A stretch of 64,000 nucleotides of DNA from a virus, in IMG/VR virus record IMGVR_UViG_3300022204_000005; one strand, 5' to 3'. The position numbers and the translations under genes were made by a program. This document shows, one piece after another, positions 51,787 to 60,746 of the stretch (position 1 is its first letter; each line of letters begins with the position of its first letter). The notes beneath the pieces are model-generated. The model was not told the DNA's origin, did no database searches, and was given only the letters and a program-made list of their open reading frames with translations.

Positions 51787-53040
51787 ATGACTACCGAAAA
51801 TACCGTTATCGACCTCGCCACCAACCCCAACTCTGCTCCCGAGACGGATACCATGAATACCGAGACTGCCCCCACCCCTGAGGTGGTTCCCGAAGCCCCC
51901 AAAACCCGAAGCCCCCACATTGAAGCCATCTTCGACGTGGTGAAGTCGGGACTCGCCTACACCCAGCAGACCCTCCAGGGTCAGGGTGCCAAGACCCCCC
52001 TCGCGGAGGCCAAGGTCAGGGCCTATCAGTCCGACGACAAGATCAAGCTCTACTTTGATGTCCCGGCTGAGGAAGAGGGTGAGGAAGGGACCGTCGACGA
52101 GGTCGTGATCTTTGTCGGTAGTGACTCCCCTACCGCCGCTCAGGTCGACCCCTCGGAGATCATCGCTGAGAAAGAGGAGGCGTTCAAGCGTGGTATCGGC
52201 CACGGGCTCCTCATCTGCGCCTTTGGGATGATGCAGTGCTTCGGTAGCGCCTCGGCGTCCGACCTCCGCATGAACCTCGGACTCGATTCCAAGGTCGCCC
52301 GGGCGGTTATCGACGCCCTGTTGGAGGCCAAGGTTGTCACCAAACAGGGTACTGGACCTTCGGTCAGGTACTTCCCGGTTGAGGGCTCCTCGCTGGATAT
52401 GCCCGACTTCTCGCTCTCCTCGAAGACGAGACGGCGGAAGTCCAGCAAGCGTAGCTCCAAGAGCGGGGCGAAAGCTGCCGACCTGAACGCTGGTGTCCTC
52501 ACCCGTATCCTCCGATACGCCAAGGTCATGGGCTCCAAAGAGGGTGGTTTTGCCCCCAAGGACGTTCGTGAGAAATTCACGCTCAACACCGCCACCGCCA
52601 AGGTCTATCTCGACCTCCTCCTTGACGAGAAGATCGTTGACCGCGTGGGTCACGGTCGAGGGGTGAAGTACACTTGGCTTGCCCCCGAGACCTTTGAGGA
52701 GCAGGCTTTCGTTCAGAAGCACGCCCCCAAGGCTGAGGCTACTGAGCCCGCGAAGGTTGAGGAGGTCAAGGCTCCTAAGGCTGAGAAGCCTGTCAAGCTT
52801 GCGCCTGTGCTCGATGATGAGGACGACGACGAGGACGATGATTTCTGGACGGACGAGCGCATGGAGGTGTCGACGGCGATTGAGGAGTTCCTCACCGCTT
52901 CCGACGAGGCCGACTTTGACGAGATCGTCGCCTTTGCTGAGGAGGACGAGGAGGAGGTTTCCGCGCTCCTTGAGCGAATGGTCGAGGATGGTATTGTCAC
53001 CGTGGACGGCGATGTCTACGCGATGAACGACAACATCTGA
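51787..53040 (+). CDS. multi-winged-helix DNA-binding-like protein with acidic C-terminus
   Basis: three wHTH-like segments (LLEAKVVTKQGTGPSVRY; LLDEKIVDRVGHGRGVKY; MVEDGIVTVDGDVY); strong C/G-ending codon bias. Confidence 0.6.
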   Translation: MTTENTVIDLATNPNSAPETDTMNTETAPTPEVVPEAPKTRSPHIEAIFDVVKSGLAYTQQTLQGQGAKTPLAEAKVRAYQSDDKIKLYFDVPAEEEGEEGTVDEVVIFVGSDSPTAAQVDPSEIIAEKEEAFKRGIGHGLLICAFGMMQCFGSASASDLRMNLGLDSKVARAVIDALLEAKVVTKQGTGPSVRYFPVEGSSLDMPDFSLSSKTRRRKSSKRSSKSGAKAADLNAGVLTRILRYAKVMGSKEGGFAPKDVREKFTLNTATAKVYLDLLLDEKIVDRVGHGRGVKYTWLAPETFEEQAFVQKHAPKAEATEPAKVEEVKAPKAEKPVKLAPVLDDEDDDEDDDFWTDERMEVSTAIEEFLTASDEADFDEIVAFAEEDEEEVSALLERMVEDGIVTVDGDVYAMNDNI

Positions 53041-53054
53041 GTTCGATGAGAAGG

Positions 53055-53092
53055 GGCCGAGGGGGGTTGAGTTTCCCTCTCGGCCTTTTTTT
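53055..53092 (+). terminator. intrinsic terminator
   Basis: GGCCGAGGGGG / CCCTCTCGGCC hairpin followed by T7. Confidence 0.8.
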
Positions 53093-53114
53093 CATTTTAA
53101 CTCAGGAGTTGTTT

Positions 53115-53525
53115 ATGAAATATCTAAATCTGGAGTGTTTTGATTTCTGGGAAAAAGAAAACAAAACGACTTTAGATCGTTTGTTTCTTTTGGTGAAATC
53201 GGATGGGTCTATTTGGGAGACGCCCCTAAAGATTGATGGTCGAAGACACCATATCTTGGAGCTTTATCCCTCTGAGGAAGCTGCCCTTAACTTTCTCGTT
53301 GAAACCCACCGAGAGTCTGCAGGGCTCGATGTACGGAGCTACTCCCGTACAGTTGTTGAGAGATACCTCTTGACACGGCAGCAACAGCCCGATAGGCTGG
53401 CTGGAGTGACCTTTGTCCCTGGTGGTGACGGGACCCCCTTCGTGGAGCCCTTCACCCGGGCACTGGCACAGACAACCAAGGCATTCGCACAGGAGACTCC
53501 ATGCAGCCCGAAAGCCCTAAACTAA
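53115..53525 (+). CDS. hypothetical protein
   Basis: ORF 53046..53525, start moved after AGGAG SD. Confidence 0.65.
   Translation: MKYLNLECFDFWEKENKTTLDRLFLLVKSDGSIWETPLKIDGRRHHILELYPSEEAALNFLVETHRESAGLDVRSYSRTVVERYLLTRQQQPDRLAGVTFVPGGDGTPFVEPFTRALAQTTKAFAQETPCSPKALN
53370..53398 (+). promoter_or_regulatory. possible internal sigma70-type promoter
   Basis: CCTC-TTGACA-17-TAGGCT inside a CDS. Confidence 0.35.
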
Positions 53526-53773
53526 ACGATGCGCAAAAGGGAGGACTCATTGCTCATTATGTAAAAACCTTGTTCTCTGCCAAAAGCCCTTTGTGGATTC
53601 AAATCCTTCTTGTTTTTGCCCTTGTCTATCTGGTCTGCCCCATTGACATCATCCCTGATTTCATTGTAGGTATTGGCTGGCTAGATGACCTCTTCATGAT
53701 TCTGACCGCTATAGGTCTTATACCTGTAGCCATCCCGAAACCCAATACATATACCGTCGAGCTTGTAGATTAA
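53501..53773 (+). CDS. DUF1232 (YkvA-like) membrane protein
   Basis: LVYLVCPIDIIPDFIVGIGWLDDL. Confidence 0.85.
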   Translation: MQPESPKLNDAQKGGLIAHYVKTLFSAKSPLWIQILLVFALVYLVCPIDIIPDFIVGIGWLDDLFMILTAIGLIPVAIPKPNTYTVELVD

Positions 53774-53775
53774 GC

Positions 53776-53804
53776 TTGACAACCCCCACCCCCTCTACTA
53801 CACT
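53776..53804 (+). promoter_or_regulatory. sigma70-type promoter with 13-bp inverted repeat
   Basis: TTGACA-17-TACACT; CACCCCCTCTACT/AGTAGAGGGGGTG. Confidence 0.7.
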
Positions 53805-53862
53805 TCAAAAAGTAGAGGGGGTGCTGCTCTACTTACACAAACACACTACAGGACATCAAACC

Positions 53863-54975
53863 ATGTTTGGACAAAACGAAGAAACACTTGCCGCCTTGAA
53901 TAAACTTTCAGAATCCTTGGGTGGAGACATCATTACCCACACACACGGAGGTGGGGAGTTCTCCACAGGTACGGACGGGGAGACTTTGGCTGACTACCAT
54001 ATGTTCTCGGTCGGTCGTAGACCCCTTCATGGTATTCACGTACCCGCTGAGATGAAACTCTCGGCTGAGGAGGCTATGGCGGTGGCCGGTCTCGATTGGG
54101 AAGTGGAGCGTAAACCGCTTTACTTCTACATGGACGAGGACACCCTGCGACAAGCCAAACAAGGCTTTGCAATTGTCCGTAAAAATGACCAGAAGACCCT
54201 TGGGGTTGTTGGTCCTCGATATACCCCTATCCAAAACTCTGAAGCCTTTGGGGCTTTCCAAGAGTGGACCGGGGATAGAGGGCTGGAGTTCGTTGCCGGT
54301 GGGGCAATGAGTGGAGGTAAAAAAGTCTGGCTTCAGGCTAAAATGCCGGATACCTTTGAAGCCGTTAAAGGAGATGCTGTTCAAAAGTATCTCTTCTTGA
54401 TGAATAGCTTTGATGGCTCTTCCTCCCTCACCATTCGTATCACCCCCACCAGGGTGGTTTGCTGTAACATGGTAGCCTCTATCATCTCCCGCAAGGGGAA
54501 GAGAGTGAAGAGGTTTATCTCGGTCAAGCATACCAAAAACTTCCGAAAGACTCTTGAGGCTTCTCTCGAAAACATCTTTGGGATTTCAAATCAGTCCTGG
54601 CAACAGTTTGAGGCTATGGCGAAAGCTATGGTTCATGTGCAACTCAATGTGACTCAATTCAATGAGTATGCACATGCTCTCTTCCCCGACCCCCAACCTA
54701 AAGAGGGGGAGGTCGAGGTCTCCGAGACGCGCCTTGTCAACGCTCAGGGCAAACGCGACCAACTCACCGAACTCTTTGAGAACGGGTTGGGTCAGGATAT
54801 CCCCGGGGTGCAAGGGACTGCGTGGGCGGCGTATAACGCCCTCACGGAGTACAACAACTACTACATCGGTGGGGAGACCTCTCAGGACCGTAGGTTCCAG
54901 TCTGCGATTCTCGCGGGTCAAGGTATCTCCCTTCAGAACAAAGCCGAAGACTTCCTGATGGCTTACGCTGCTTAA
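53863..54975 (+). CDS. DUF932 family protein (phage/plasmid-like, TIGR03299 type)
   Basis: AGLDWEV, LGVVGPRY.PIQN.EAF, GGKKVW, LMNSFDGSSS, RVVCCN, GTAWAAYNALTEY. Confidence 0.85.
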   Translation: MFGQNEETLAALNKLSESLGGDIITHTHGGGEFSTGTDGETLADYHMFSVGRRPLHGIHVPAEMKLSAEEAMAVAGLDWEVERKPLYFYMDEDTLRQAKQGFAIVRKNDQKTLGVVGPRYTPIQNSEAFGAFQEWTGDRGLEFVAGGAMSGGKKVWLQAKMPDTFEAVKGDAVQKYLFLMNSFDGSSSLTIRITPTRVVCCNMVASIISRKGKRVKRFISVKHTKNFRKTLEASLENIFGISNQSWQQFEAMAKAMVHVQLNVTQFNEYAHALFPDPQPKEGEVEVSETRLVNAQGKRDQLTELFENGLGQDIPGVQGTAWAAYNALTEYNNYYIGGETSQDRRFQSAILAGQGISLQNKAEDFLMAYAA

Positions 54976-54985
54976 TCAACTTTAA

Positions 54986-55014
54986 GGGGTGGGTCTTAAT
55001 AGATGACCCACCCC
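54986..55014 (+). terminator. GC-rich hairpin after DUF932 gene (terminator/stabiliser)
   Basis: GGGGTGGGTC/GACCCACCCC; weak U-tract. Confidence 0.45.
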
Positions 55015-55036
55015 AAACTTTCTAAAGGATTTAGAG

Positions 55037-55630
55037 ATGTATCAGACTACTCGCGAAGAGATGATTGTTGAGCTTCAGAAACAGAAAGAGTTTCTCATTA
55101 AACTTAATGAGATTATGCCTCTACAAAGCGAAACCGATTGGATGTACTTTCGGGAATTCGGGGCTAAAAACGTCCACCCTCTCTTTGTCAATAGACTCGA
55201 CGGTGCTACAAAGGTGGTTATAGACGCTTTAAAAGAAGTGTCCAATAGATTGGATGTAACCCACCCGAGCAATGCGGTTTACAATACAAAAGACAGATTC
55301 GTCTTCCCCTCTTTGTTTACCCAAAATTATAATGGAGAATGGGATTGTGTCTCTTTCTGGAAAAGAGACCTCCTTTTTCTTAAAGAAGACTACCAACAAA
55401 ACTATGATGAGAAGACGGACGAGTGGGATTGCCTTTGTACTTTTGAAGCGGGGACCGTTCCTTTTAGGGACCTTTTAAAGGCCCCCACCACACAACCCAC
55501 AAAAGAAGATGCAGAGCTTCTAGACACTCTCTCTTGCCTTGTAGGAAGAAACCTTCGTCTAGTGACGGCTGTCACTACGGAAATGAAAGATATCTTTCTA
55601 GAAGGTGACTTCCATCTATACATGTTCTAA
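55037..55630 (+). CDS. hypothetical protein
   Basis: ORF track. Confidence 0.65.
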   Translation: MYQTTREEMIVELQKQKEFLIKLNEIMPLQSETDWMYFREFGAKNVHPLFVNRLDGATKVVIDALKEVSNRLDVTHPSNAVYNTKDRFVFPSLFTQNYNGEWDCVSFWKRDLLFLKEDYQQNYDEKTDEWDCLCTFEAGTVPFRDLLKAPTTQPTKEDAELLDTLSCLVGRNLRLVTAVTTEMKDIFLEGDFHLYMF

Positions 55631-55669
55631 TTAGTGTCTCCCCACACAAACACACCACGAGTTTTAGAT

Positions 55670-56320
55670 ATGTCAGCTAAACAAACTCTTTTAACTTCTA
55701 TTATTGAAGAAGAAACTAAACGCCTTGAGGATGCTGTTAGAGACGTCAAAGCACTGCTTCAGTACCAGAATGAATATTTCACCTCCGAGTATGTGGGCCG
55801 TATTCGAACCCTTACCTATAGACTTCTAACCTGCCGTCAGGATGTTCTGTACGATGCTTTAGGGTATAGTTCACGGAATGACTATTGTTATTTTAGAATG
55901 TGGGGTTCGGATGTAGTGACCAAACCTGTAGCCCGTATGGAGTTTGTAAGATTCTTTGTCTCCCATGAGATTTTGGATGACGGCGAGCCTGGAGTAGCCT
56001 ACTATACGTTGAGACCCAAGGACCCGACCCGCCCTCTCTGGGAGGGTATAGAGAACCCCCGGTCTTGTGGGCCAGAAGAGCCAGGAGCAACGCCCTATTT
56101 CCATAGCCACATTGATACTCTACGGGAGGACTTCCCAGAGGCTAAATGGCTGGATTCTGAACGGGCCTTGGAAGTCTTGGACTCTCTTGAAGAGAAACAT
56201 CAACAAACTCTTAAGAACATTGAATACCTGCACCCCAACGACAAAACAAGACACAACCTTAACAAGACTGAGCAATTAATGCTAGATCTTGCCAATGAAA
56301 TCCAAAAGGAGACTAACTGA
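55670..56320 (+). CDS. hypothetical protein
   Basis: ORF 55634..56320, start moved after CA-rich leader. Confidence 0.65.
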   Translation: MSAKQTLLTSIIEEETKRLEDAVRDVKALLQYQNEYFTSEYVGRIRTLTYRLLTCRQDVLYDALGYSSRNDYCYFRMWGSDVVTKPVARMEFVRFFVSHEILDDGEPGVAYYTLRPKDPTRPLWEGIENPRSCGPEEPGATPYFHSHIDTLREDFPEAKWLDSERALEVLDSLEEKHQQTLKNIEYLHPNDKTRHNLNKTEQLMLDLANEIQKETN

Positions 56321-56829
56321 TGTTAGACTATCAAGACATCGCCAAAGACCTAATCGGGCGAGGCTTTCTTCCGGTTGACAAAAGCCCGGAAGGAAAGGCT
56401 ACAAAAGGAAAGAATGCCAACACTGTTCTTTTAGAATACAGTCTGGCTGATCTTCTGTATATGTGTCAATCCGAGATTGGATATAGTTTCTTCAAACTAT
56501 ATCCCGGGGATGAGTTTATGTTCTTTATGCGTATCGACTACTCTCTCCTTAGAGAAGATGATGACGGTACTCAGGAATATAAGGTATCCGCTCAGGTCTC
56601 CCCGGTAAGGGAGCCTGAAATCTTCCATGCGAACGGTTTGGGTACCGGAGCTTATCTAGGGAAAGCTTTTGACCGAGGTATTCACCTAGACATTGAGCCC
56701 ATCACAGAACTACCTACAGACGTTGATATCGAGACCCGGCTTCTCAGATTCTTGATGGGTCAGGTTTTGACTATTCAAGATGAGATGTCCTCTATGTGGG
56801 ATATCCTCAACAAAAAAGAACTAATCTAA
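56320..56829 (+). CDS. hypothetical protein
   Basis: TGATG overlap; AAGGAG SD. Confidence 0.7.
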   Translation: MLDYQDIAKDLIGRGFLPVDKSPEGKATKGKNANTVLLEYSLADLLYMCQSEIGYSFFKLYPGDEFMFFMRIDYSLLREDDDGTQEYKVSAQVSPVREPEIFHANGLGTGAYLGKAFDRGIHLDIEPITELPTDVDIETRLLRFLMGQVLTIQDEMSSMWDILNKKELI

Positions 56830-56911
56830 TCGGTGTCTAAAGTTTTCTTCTAATGCCGTTAATCAAAATGGCTTCCTTTTCCCCTATAAACAACAAAAAA
56901 GGTGTCTTAAA

Positions 56912-57550
56912 ATGAAAGATGATATCCGCATCGTCGTCCTCGACAAAGGTTTTATTTTCTGTGGTGAGTATGAGCAGCGTGGGGACCGTATTCTGGTCCG
57001 ACGTGCCGTCAACATCAAAAAATACGGTACGGAAAAAGGTCTTGGCTCTCTAAGGGCTGACCCCGAGTCCCCCACACTCAATGCCTGGGGTATCATTGAT
57101 GCCCCTAAGAAGTCGGAAATCCTTACCATCTATTGCAACAAAGAGAAGTGGGAGCCCCATCTTATCCCTGTTGTGCAGGATGACAAAGAGTTTCGTTATA
57201 TTGACGAACAGACGGACGACCCCTCCAAAGAACGACAGGATATGCGTATCGTAATCCTCGACAAAGGTTTTGTTGTCGCAGGAGACTACGAGCATATCGG
57301 GGACCGTATCGTTGTTGACAATTGCGTCAACCTTCGTCGATATGGTACGGAAGAGGGTATCGGGTACCTCCGTAATGACCCGAGTCCGGCTGACCTCGAT
57401 AATTGGGGTCTCGTGGACGCTCCACATGATGCAGAGATCTTTACCATCTATATGGACCCTGTTGCTTGGAGGCCCATCATGAATGGTGTGGCTGAGGAGC
57501 AAGAGACCGTTATGGCTGAGAGTGGGTCGGAGGAGGACGTCGACCTCTAA
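56912..57550 (+). CDS. protein with two tandem DUF6948-like domains
   Basis: RIVVLDKGF...G.YE..GDRI.V...VN...YGTE.G.G.L..DP....L..WG..DAP...EI.TIY repeated twice. Confidence 0.65.
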   Translation: MKDDIRIVVLDKGFIFCGEYEQRGDRILVRRAVNIKKYGTEKGLGSLRADPESPTLNAWGIIDAPKKSEILTIYCNKEKWEPHLIPVVQDDKEFRYIDEQTDDPSKERQDMRIVILDKGFVVAGDYEHIGDRIVVDNCVNLRRYGTEEGIGYLRNDPSPADLDNWGLVDAPHDAEIFTIYMDPVAWRPIMNGVAEEQETVMAESGSEEDVDL

Positions 57551-57618
57551 AACTCCCCGGGGCGGGTGAGGACGAGGGGAGGGGGGTGTTCTTAAACCTC
57601 CCTCCCCTGAGGTCTATT

Positions 57619-57972
57619 ATGCTTTTAGAACAACTTAGAGACCTTGTATATCAACAAAGATTCACAGAGTCCTTTAGGCTCATACAATACACACAGGACC
57701 TGCCCGTAAAAAAACACTACCTACACACACACTCACAACACTACACACACACTTTTAAAACAATGACCCTACAAGATGGTAATGGAGATGGTGTAAATCT
57801 AGAATTTGACTATCGCCATCTCCATACTTGTCTTTATGCTAATCGTGGCTCCTCTCTAGCATATCTGTATAGGGGAGATGGTGTTGATTGTGGTTTTAGT
57901 TGGGCCTACCCCTATATAGGTCGTGAGGACCATGAATATCAACCGCCCTGTCCTTGGAAAGTTAGAAAATGA
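57619..57972 (+). CDS. Gly-rich family C protein, copy 1
   Basis: LRDLVYQQRFTESFRL N-terminus; CPWKVRK C-terminus. Confidence 0.7.
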   Translation: MLLEQLRDLVYQQRFTESFRLIQYTQDLPVKKHYLHTHSQHYTHTFKTMTLQDGNGDGVNLEFDYRHLHTCLYANRGSSLAYLYRGDGVDCGFSWAYPYIGREDHEYQPPCPWKVRK

Positions 57973-58337
57973 ACACTTTAACCCTAATCAGAGATCTTGT
58001 ATATCAAAAACGATTTACTGAATCCTTTAGACTTGTCTGCAATCCAGCCAGGGAGTCTATTGGGTTATCTTATATCAAAACTCACTCCGAGAATTTGAAA
58101 CCCAATCGAGACTCTCTTTGGTTTGATAATAGTTGGGGTGCCGGTTACGGTTGCGACAGCCGTTATAGTTATCATTCAGGTAAGGGTTTTGAGTGGGGTG
58201 ACGGCTGGGGTTACGATTGGGTGAAGAAGGGTGACGGTTGGAGTTGTGGTGACGGTTGTGGTGACGGTTGTGGTGCCGGTTACTGGAGCCGTAACGGTTC
58301 GAGTTCTCATGAGTGTAAATGGAAAAAATGTAAATGA
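57969..58337 (+). CDS. Gly-rich family C protein, copy 2
   Basis: MNTLTLIRDLVYQKRFTES; GxG repeats; ATGA overlap. Confidence 0.75.
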   Translation: MNTLTLIRDLVYQKRFTESFRLVCNPARESIGLSYIKTHSENLKPNRDSLWFDNSWGAGYGCDSRYSYHSGKGFEWGDGWGYDWVKKGDGWSCGDGCGDGCGAGYWSRNGSSSHECKWKKCK

Positions 58338-58645
58338 ACCCTTTAACCCTAATCAGAGATCTTGTTTACCAAAGGAGGTTTACTGAATCTTTGAGGCTCA
58401 CCCTCTTCTGTAGGCATATTGGGTTACCTTATATTAAAACCCACTCGGGGAAACTGAACCCTAGCCGTAAATCTATTTGGTTAGGTAACGGCTCTGGTGA
58501 CAATTACGGTTGGAGTTTAGGTGACGGTTACGGTTGGGGTAACGGTAACGGTTGGGGTATGGGTTGTGGTTATGGTCACGGTTCTGGTAATGGTTATCAT
58601 AGCAGTTCGAGCCATCGAACGTGTAAATGGAAAAAATGTAAATGA
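58334..58645 (+). CDS. Gly-rich family C protein, copy 3
   Basis: MNPLTLIRDLVYQRRFTES; GxG repeats. Confidence 0.75.
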   Translation: MNPLTLIRDLVYQRRFTESLRLTLFCRHIGLPYIKTHSGKLNPSRKSIWLGNGSGDNYGWSLGDGYGWGNGNGWGMGCGYGHGSGNGYHSSSSHRTCKWKKCK

Positions 58646-58986
58646 ACCCTTTAACCCTAATCAGAGATCTTGTTTACCAAAGGAGGTTTACTGAATCGCT
58701 TAAACTTTCCCTAACCTGTAAGGACATTGGGTTACCTTACATTAAAACTCACTCGGGGGAACTGAACCCTAGCCGTAAATCTATTTGGTTAGGTAATGGT
58801 GACGGTCGGGGTTCCGGTTGGGGGTTCGGTGACGGTGGCGGTTGGGGGTTCGGTGACGGTTACGGTTCCGGTTGGGGTTACAGCGACAGTCCCGTAGGGG
58901 GTTACAGTTGGCGTAGGGGTCACGGTGAGGGTTACGGTTACCTGAACCCTACCCGTAAAAGTTGCCCTTGGAGAGTTCGAAAATGA
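58642..58986 (+). CDS. Gly-rich family C protein, copy 4
   Basis: near-identical 5' half to copy 3. Confidence 0.75.
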   Translation: MNPLTLIRDLVYQRRFTESLKLSLTCKDIGLPYIKTHSGELNPSRKSIWLGNGDGRGSGWGFGDGGGWGFGDGYGSGWGYSDSPVGGYSWRRGHGEGYGYLNPTRKSCPWRVRK

Positions 58987-59357
58987 ATCCTTTAACCCTA
59001 ATCAGAGATCTTGTTTACCAAAGGAGGTTTACTGAATCTCTGAGACTCCTTTACCTGCACCCAGATAAAAAGATCGGCCTATCCTATCTATTAAATCATA
59101 GTACTGAACCCTCTGCTATAAGAAAACATACCCCGATATATGCCATCGATCCTGTCGAACGCTTCCTCCCTATGCGGCAATTTAATATGCATTCAATGCT
59201 GAATTTTTGGCCTAGTGATCATGATGGTAGCACTAACCTTAGTCTTTCAGGACCCGCTTACGGATTTGGTTCTGGCTATGGTAATGGTAAGGGTGGGGGG
59301 ATTGGAGATGGTGCAGATTCTTTTATCAGACATGGTTCCCGTATACCTAACATCTAA
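58983..59357 (+). CDS. Gly-rich family C protein, copy 5
   Basis: same N-terminus, divergent middle, short GxG tract. Confidence 0.7.
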   Translation: MNPLTLIRDLVYQRRFTESLRLLYLHPDKKIGLSYLLNHSTEPSAIRKHTPIYAIDPVERFLPMRQFNMHSMLNFWPSDHDGSTNLSLSGPAYGFGSGYGNGKGGGIGDGADSFIRHGSRIPNI

Positions 59358-59369
59358 AGGAGATGTACT

Positions 59370-59627
59370 ATGAATAAAAAACAATTCCCTAAAGATTACT
59401 ATAAGCCCTTCAAGCCCAATAGAGGTTATTACACTTACCATTGGGAAGTTTATGATGTACCCCCTAATGGTATTTGTAATAGCTGTTATAACACTTTTGG
59501 CTCCGGGGACTATCACTACCCTCAACAAGAGCCAAAATACGCGAGTGGCTACGGGTCTGGCTACGGATGGGCCACGGGGGGCAGAAATGCCAACTCAGAC
59601 TGCCTATATGACCTACATCCCTCTTGA
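59370..59627 (+). CDS. hypothetical protein with short GYG tail
   Basis: AAGGAG SD; CNSC; stop TGA in a -35 box. Confidence 0.6.
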   Translation: MNKKQFPKDYYKPFKPNRGYYTYHWEVYDVPPNGICNSCYNTFGSGDYHYPQQEPKYASGYGSGYGWATGGRNANSDCLYDLHPS

Positions 59628-59652
59628 CAGGGGCTCAGAGACCCTCTATAGT
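59624..59652 (+). promoter_or_regulatory. sigma70-type promoter upstream of ssb
   Basis: TTGACA-17-TATAGT. Confidence 0.72.
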
Positions 59653-59806
59653 AGGTCTTGCTGAGACGGAGACCCCTCAGGGGGGCTCTGTACGTTGTTG
59701 AGTTTTTGTTAAAGGTAAAAAGACCTTTAACATAGTTTCTTTTTCTTACCTAAGTAATGGACGCTTGGGTAAGCCTTACTAACACTCTTTTAAATGAGGT
59801 GTAAAA

Positions 59807-60256
59807 ATGTCCAATCTTAATACAGTTCTCCTGATGGGTAACATTGGGCAGGATTTTGAACTTCGTCAAACCCGTAATGGGAATGACATGTGTCTGTTCA
59901 ATATTGCAGTGAATGAAACCTGGGTTGATACCAATGGCCAAAAGCACCAGAAGGTGTATTGGCACAAAATCCGTTGCTATGGTCGGACTGCTGCCAATGC
60001 ATTTGAGTATTTGGGCAAAGGTTGTCAAATCATTGTCAACGGTGCCCTCAAAACCGAAGAGTGGGAAGACCGAGAGGGACGGCCCAATACGGTTACGGTC
60101 GTGACCGCTAATGAGCTTACCTATATGACAACGAAAGCCTCCCTCCAAAAACGACGAGAAAAGAACCTCGTCTATGGGAAATTCCAAGAGGGCGACGAGG
60201 AATACTTCGATGAGCATATGCCTATGGCTGATGACGACGAAGATATCCCCCTGTAA
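59807..60256 (+). CDS. ssb: single-stranded DNA-binding protein
   Basis: LNTVLLMGNIGQDFELR, FNIAVNE, WHKIRCYG, YLGKG.QIIV.G.L.TEEWED; acidic tail DDEDIPL. Confidence 0.92.
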   Translation: MSNLNTVLLMGNIGQDFELRQTRNGNDMCLFNIAVNETWVDTNGQKHQKVYWHKIRCYGRTAANAFEYLGKGCQIIVNGALKTEEWEDREGRPNTVTVVTANELTYMTTKASLQKRREKNLVYGKFQEGDEEYFDEHMPMADDDEDIPL

Positions 60257-60269
60257 AGAACTACCCTAA

Positions 60270-60308
60270 GAGAGAGCCCTTCTCTTTAAAGAGAGGGGCT
60301 CTCTTTTG
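60270..60308 (+). terminator. intrinsic terminator after ssb
   Basis: AGAGAGCCCTTCTCT/AGAGAGGGGCTCTCT hairpin followed by T-tract. Confidence 0.75.
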
Positions 60309-60332
60309 TAAAAAGAAATTGGAGTTGTAAAG

Positions 60333-60719
60333 ATGACCTGCCGACATTCCGCTGGGGACCCAAACTGTTCTAAAAGCTCCTCTTACAGAGCCCCTTATCA
60401 GGAGCCTAAGACACCTGATAAAGAGAACTATGAAATCCTAGAGGTTGCAGATGTGGGGGGCAACCTTGTATTAAAAGTTCTGTATCCTAATTGTAGTAAA
60501 TGTGCCTATGAAGGTACAAAAATAATGGTCTTTCTTGGAGTGACCACTCTTCAAGCATTGAAATGGCGGATTATTGACCCCCATTTCGGAGACCCAAGTA
60601 CAAAACTCACACCCAAACACGCCCCCTTCCCCTCTGCTAGGTTCCCAGCTACCCAAGAGGGGTGGGCTGACGCCTTAGCTTATGCCAGGACAAAAAGTTC
60701 CGGGGTTAAGAGAGGTTGA
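60333..60719 (+). CDS. conserved phage hypothetical protein (YPNC...YEG.KI.VF; IDPHF)
   Basis: ORF track; GGAG SD. Confidence 0.7.
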   Translation: MTCRHSAGDPNCSKSSSYRAPYQEPKTPDKENYEILEVADVGGNLVLKVLYPNCSKCAYEGTKIMVFLGVTTLQALKWRIIDPHFGDPSTKLTPKHAPFPSARFPATQEGWADALAYARTKSSGVKRG

Positions 60720-60746
60720 AAACAAGTCCGGCAGAAGGATAGGGTC

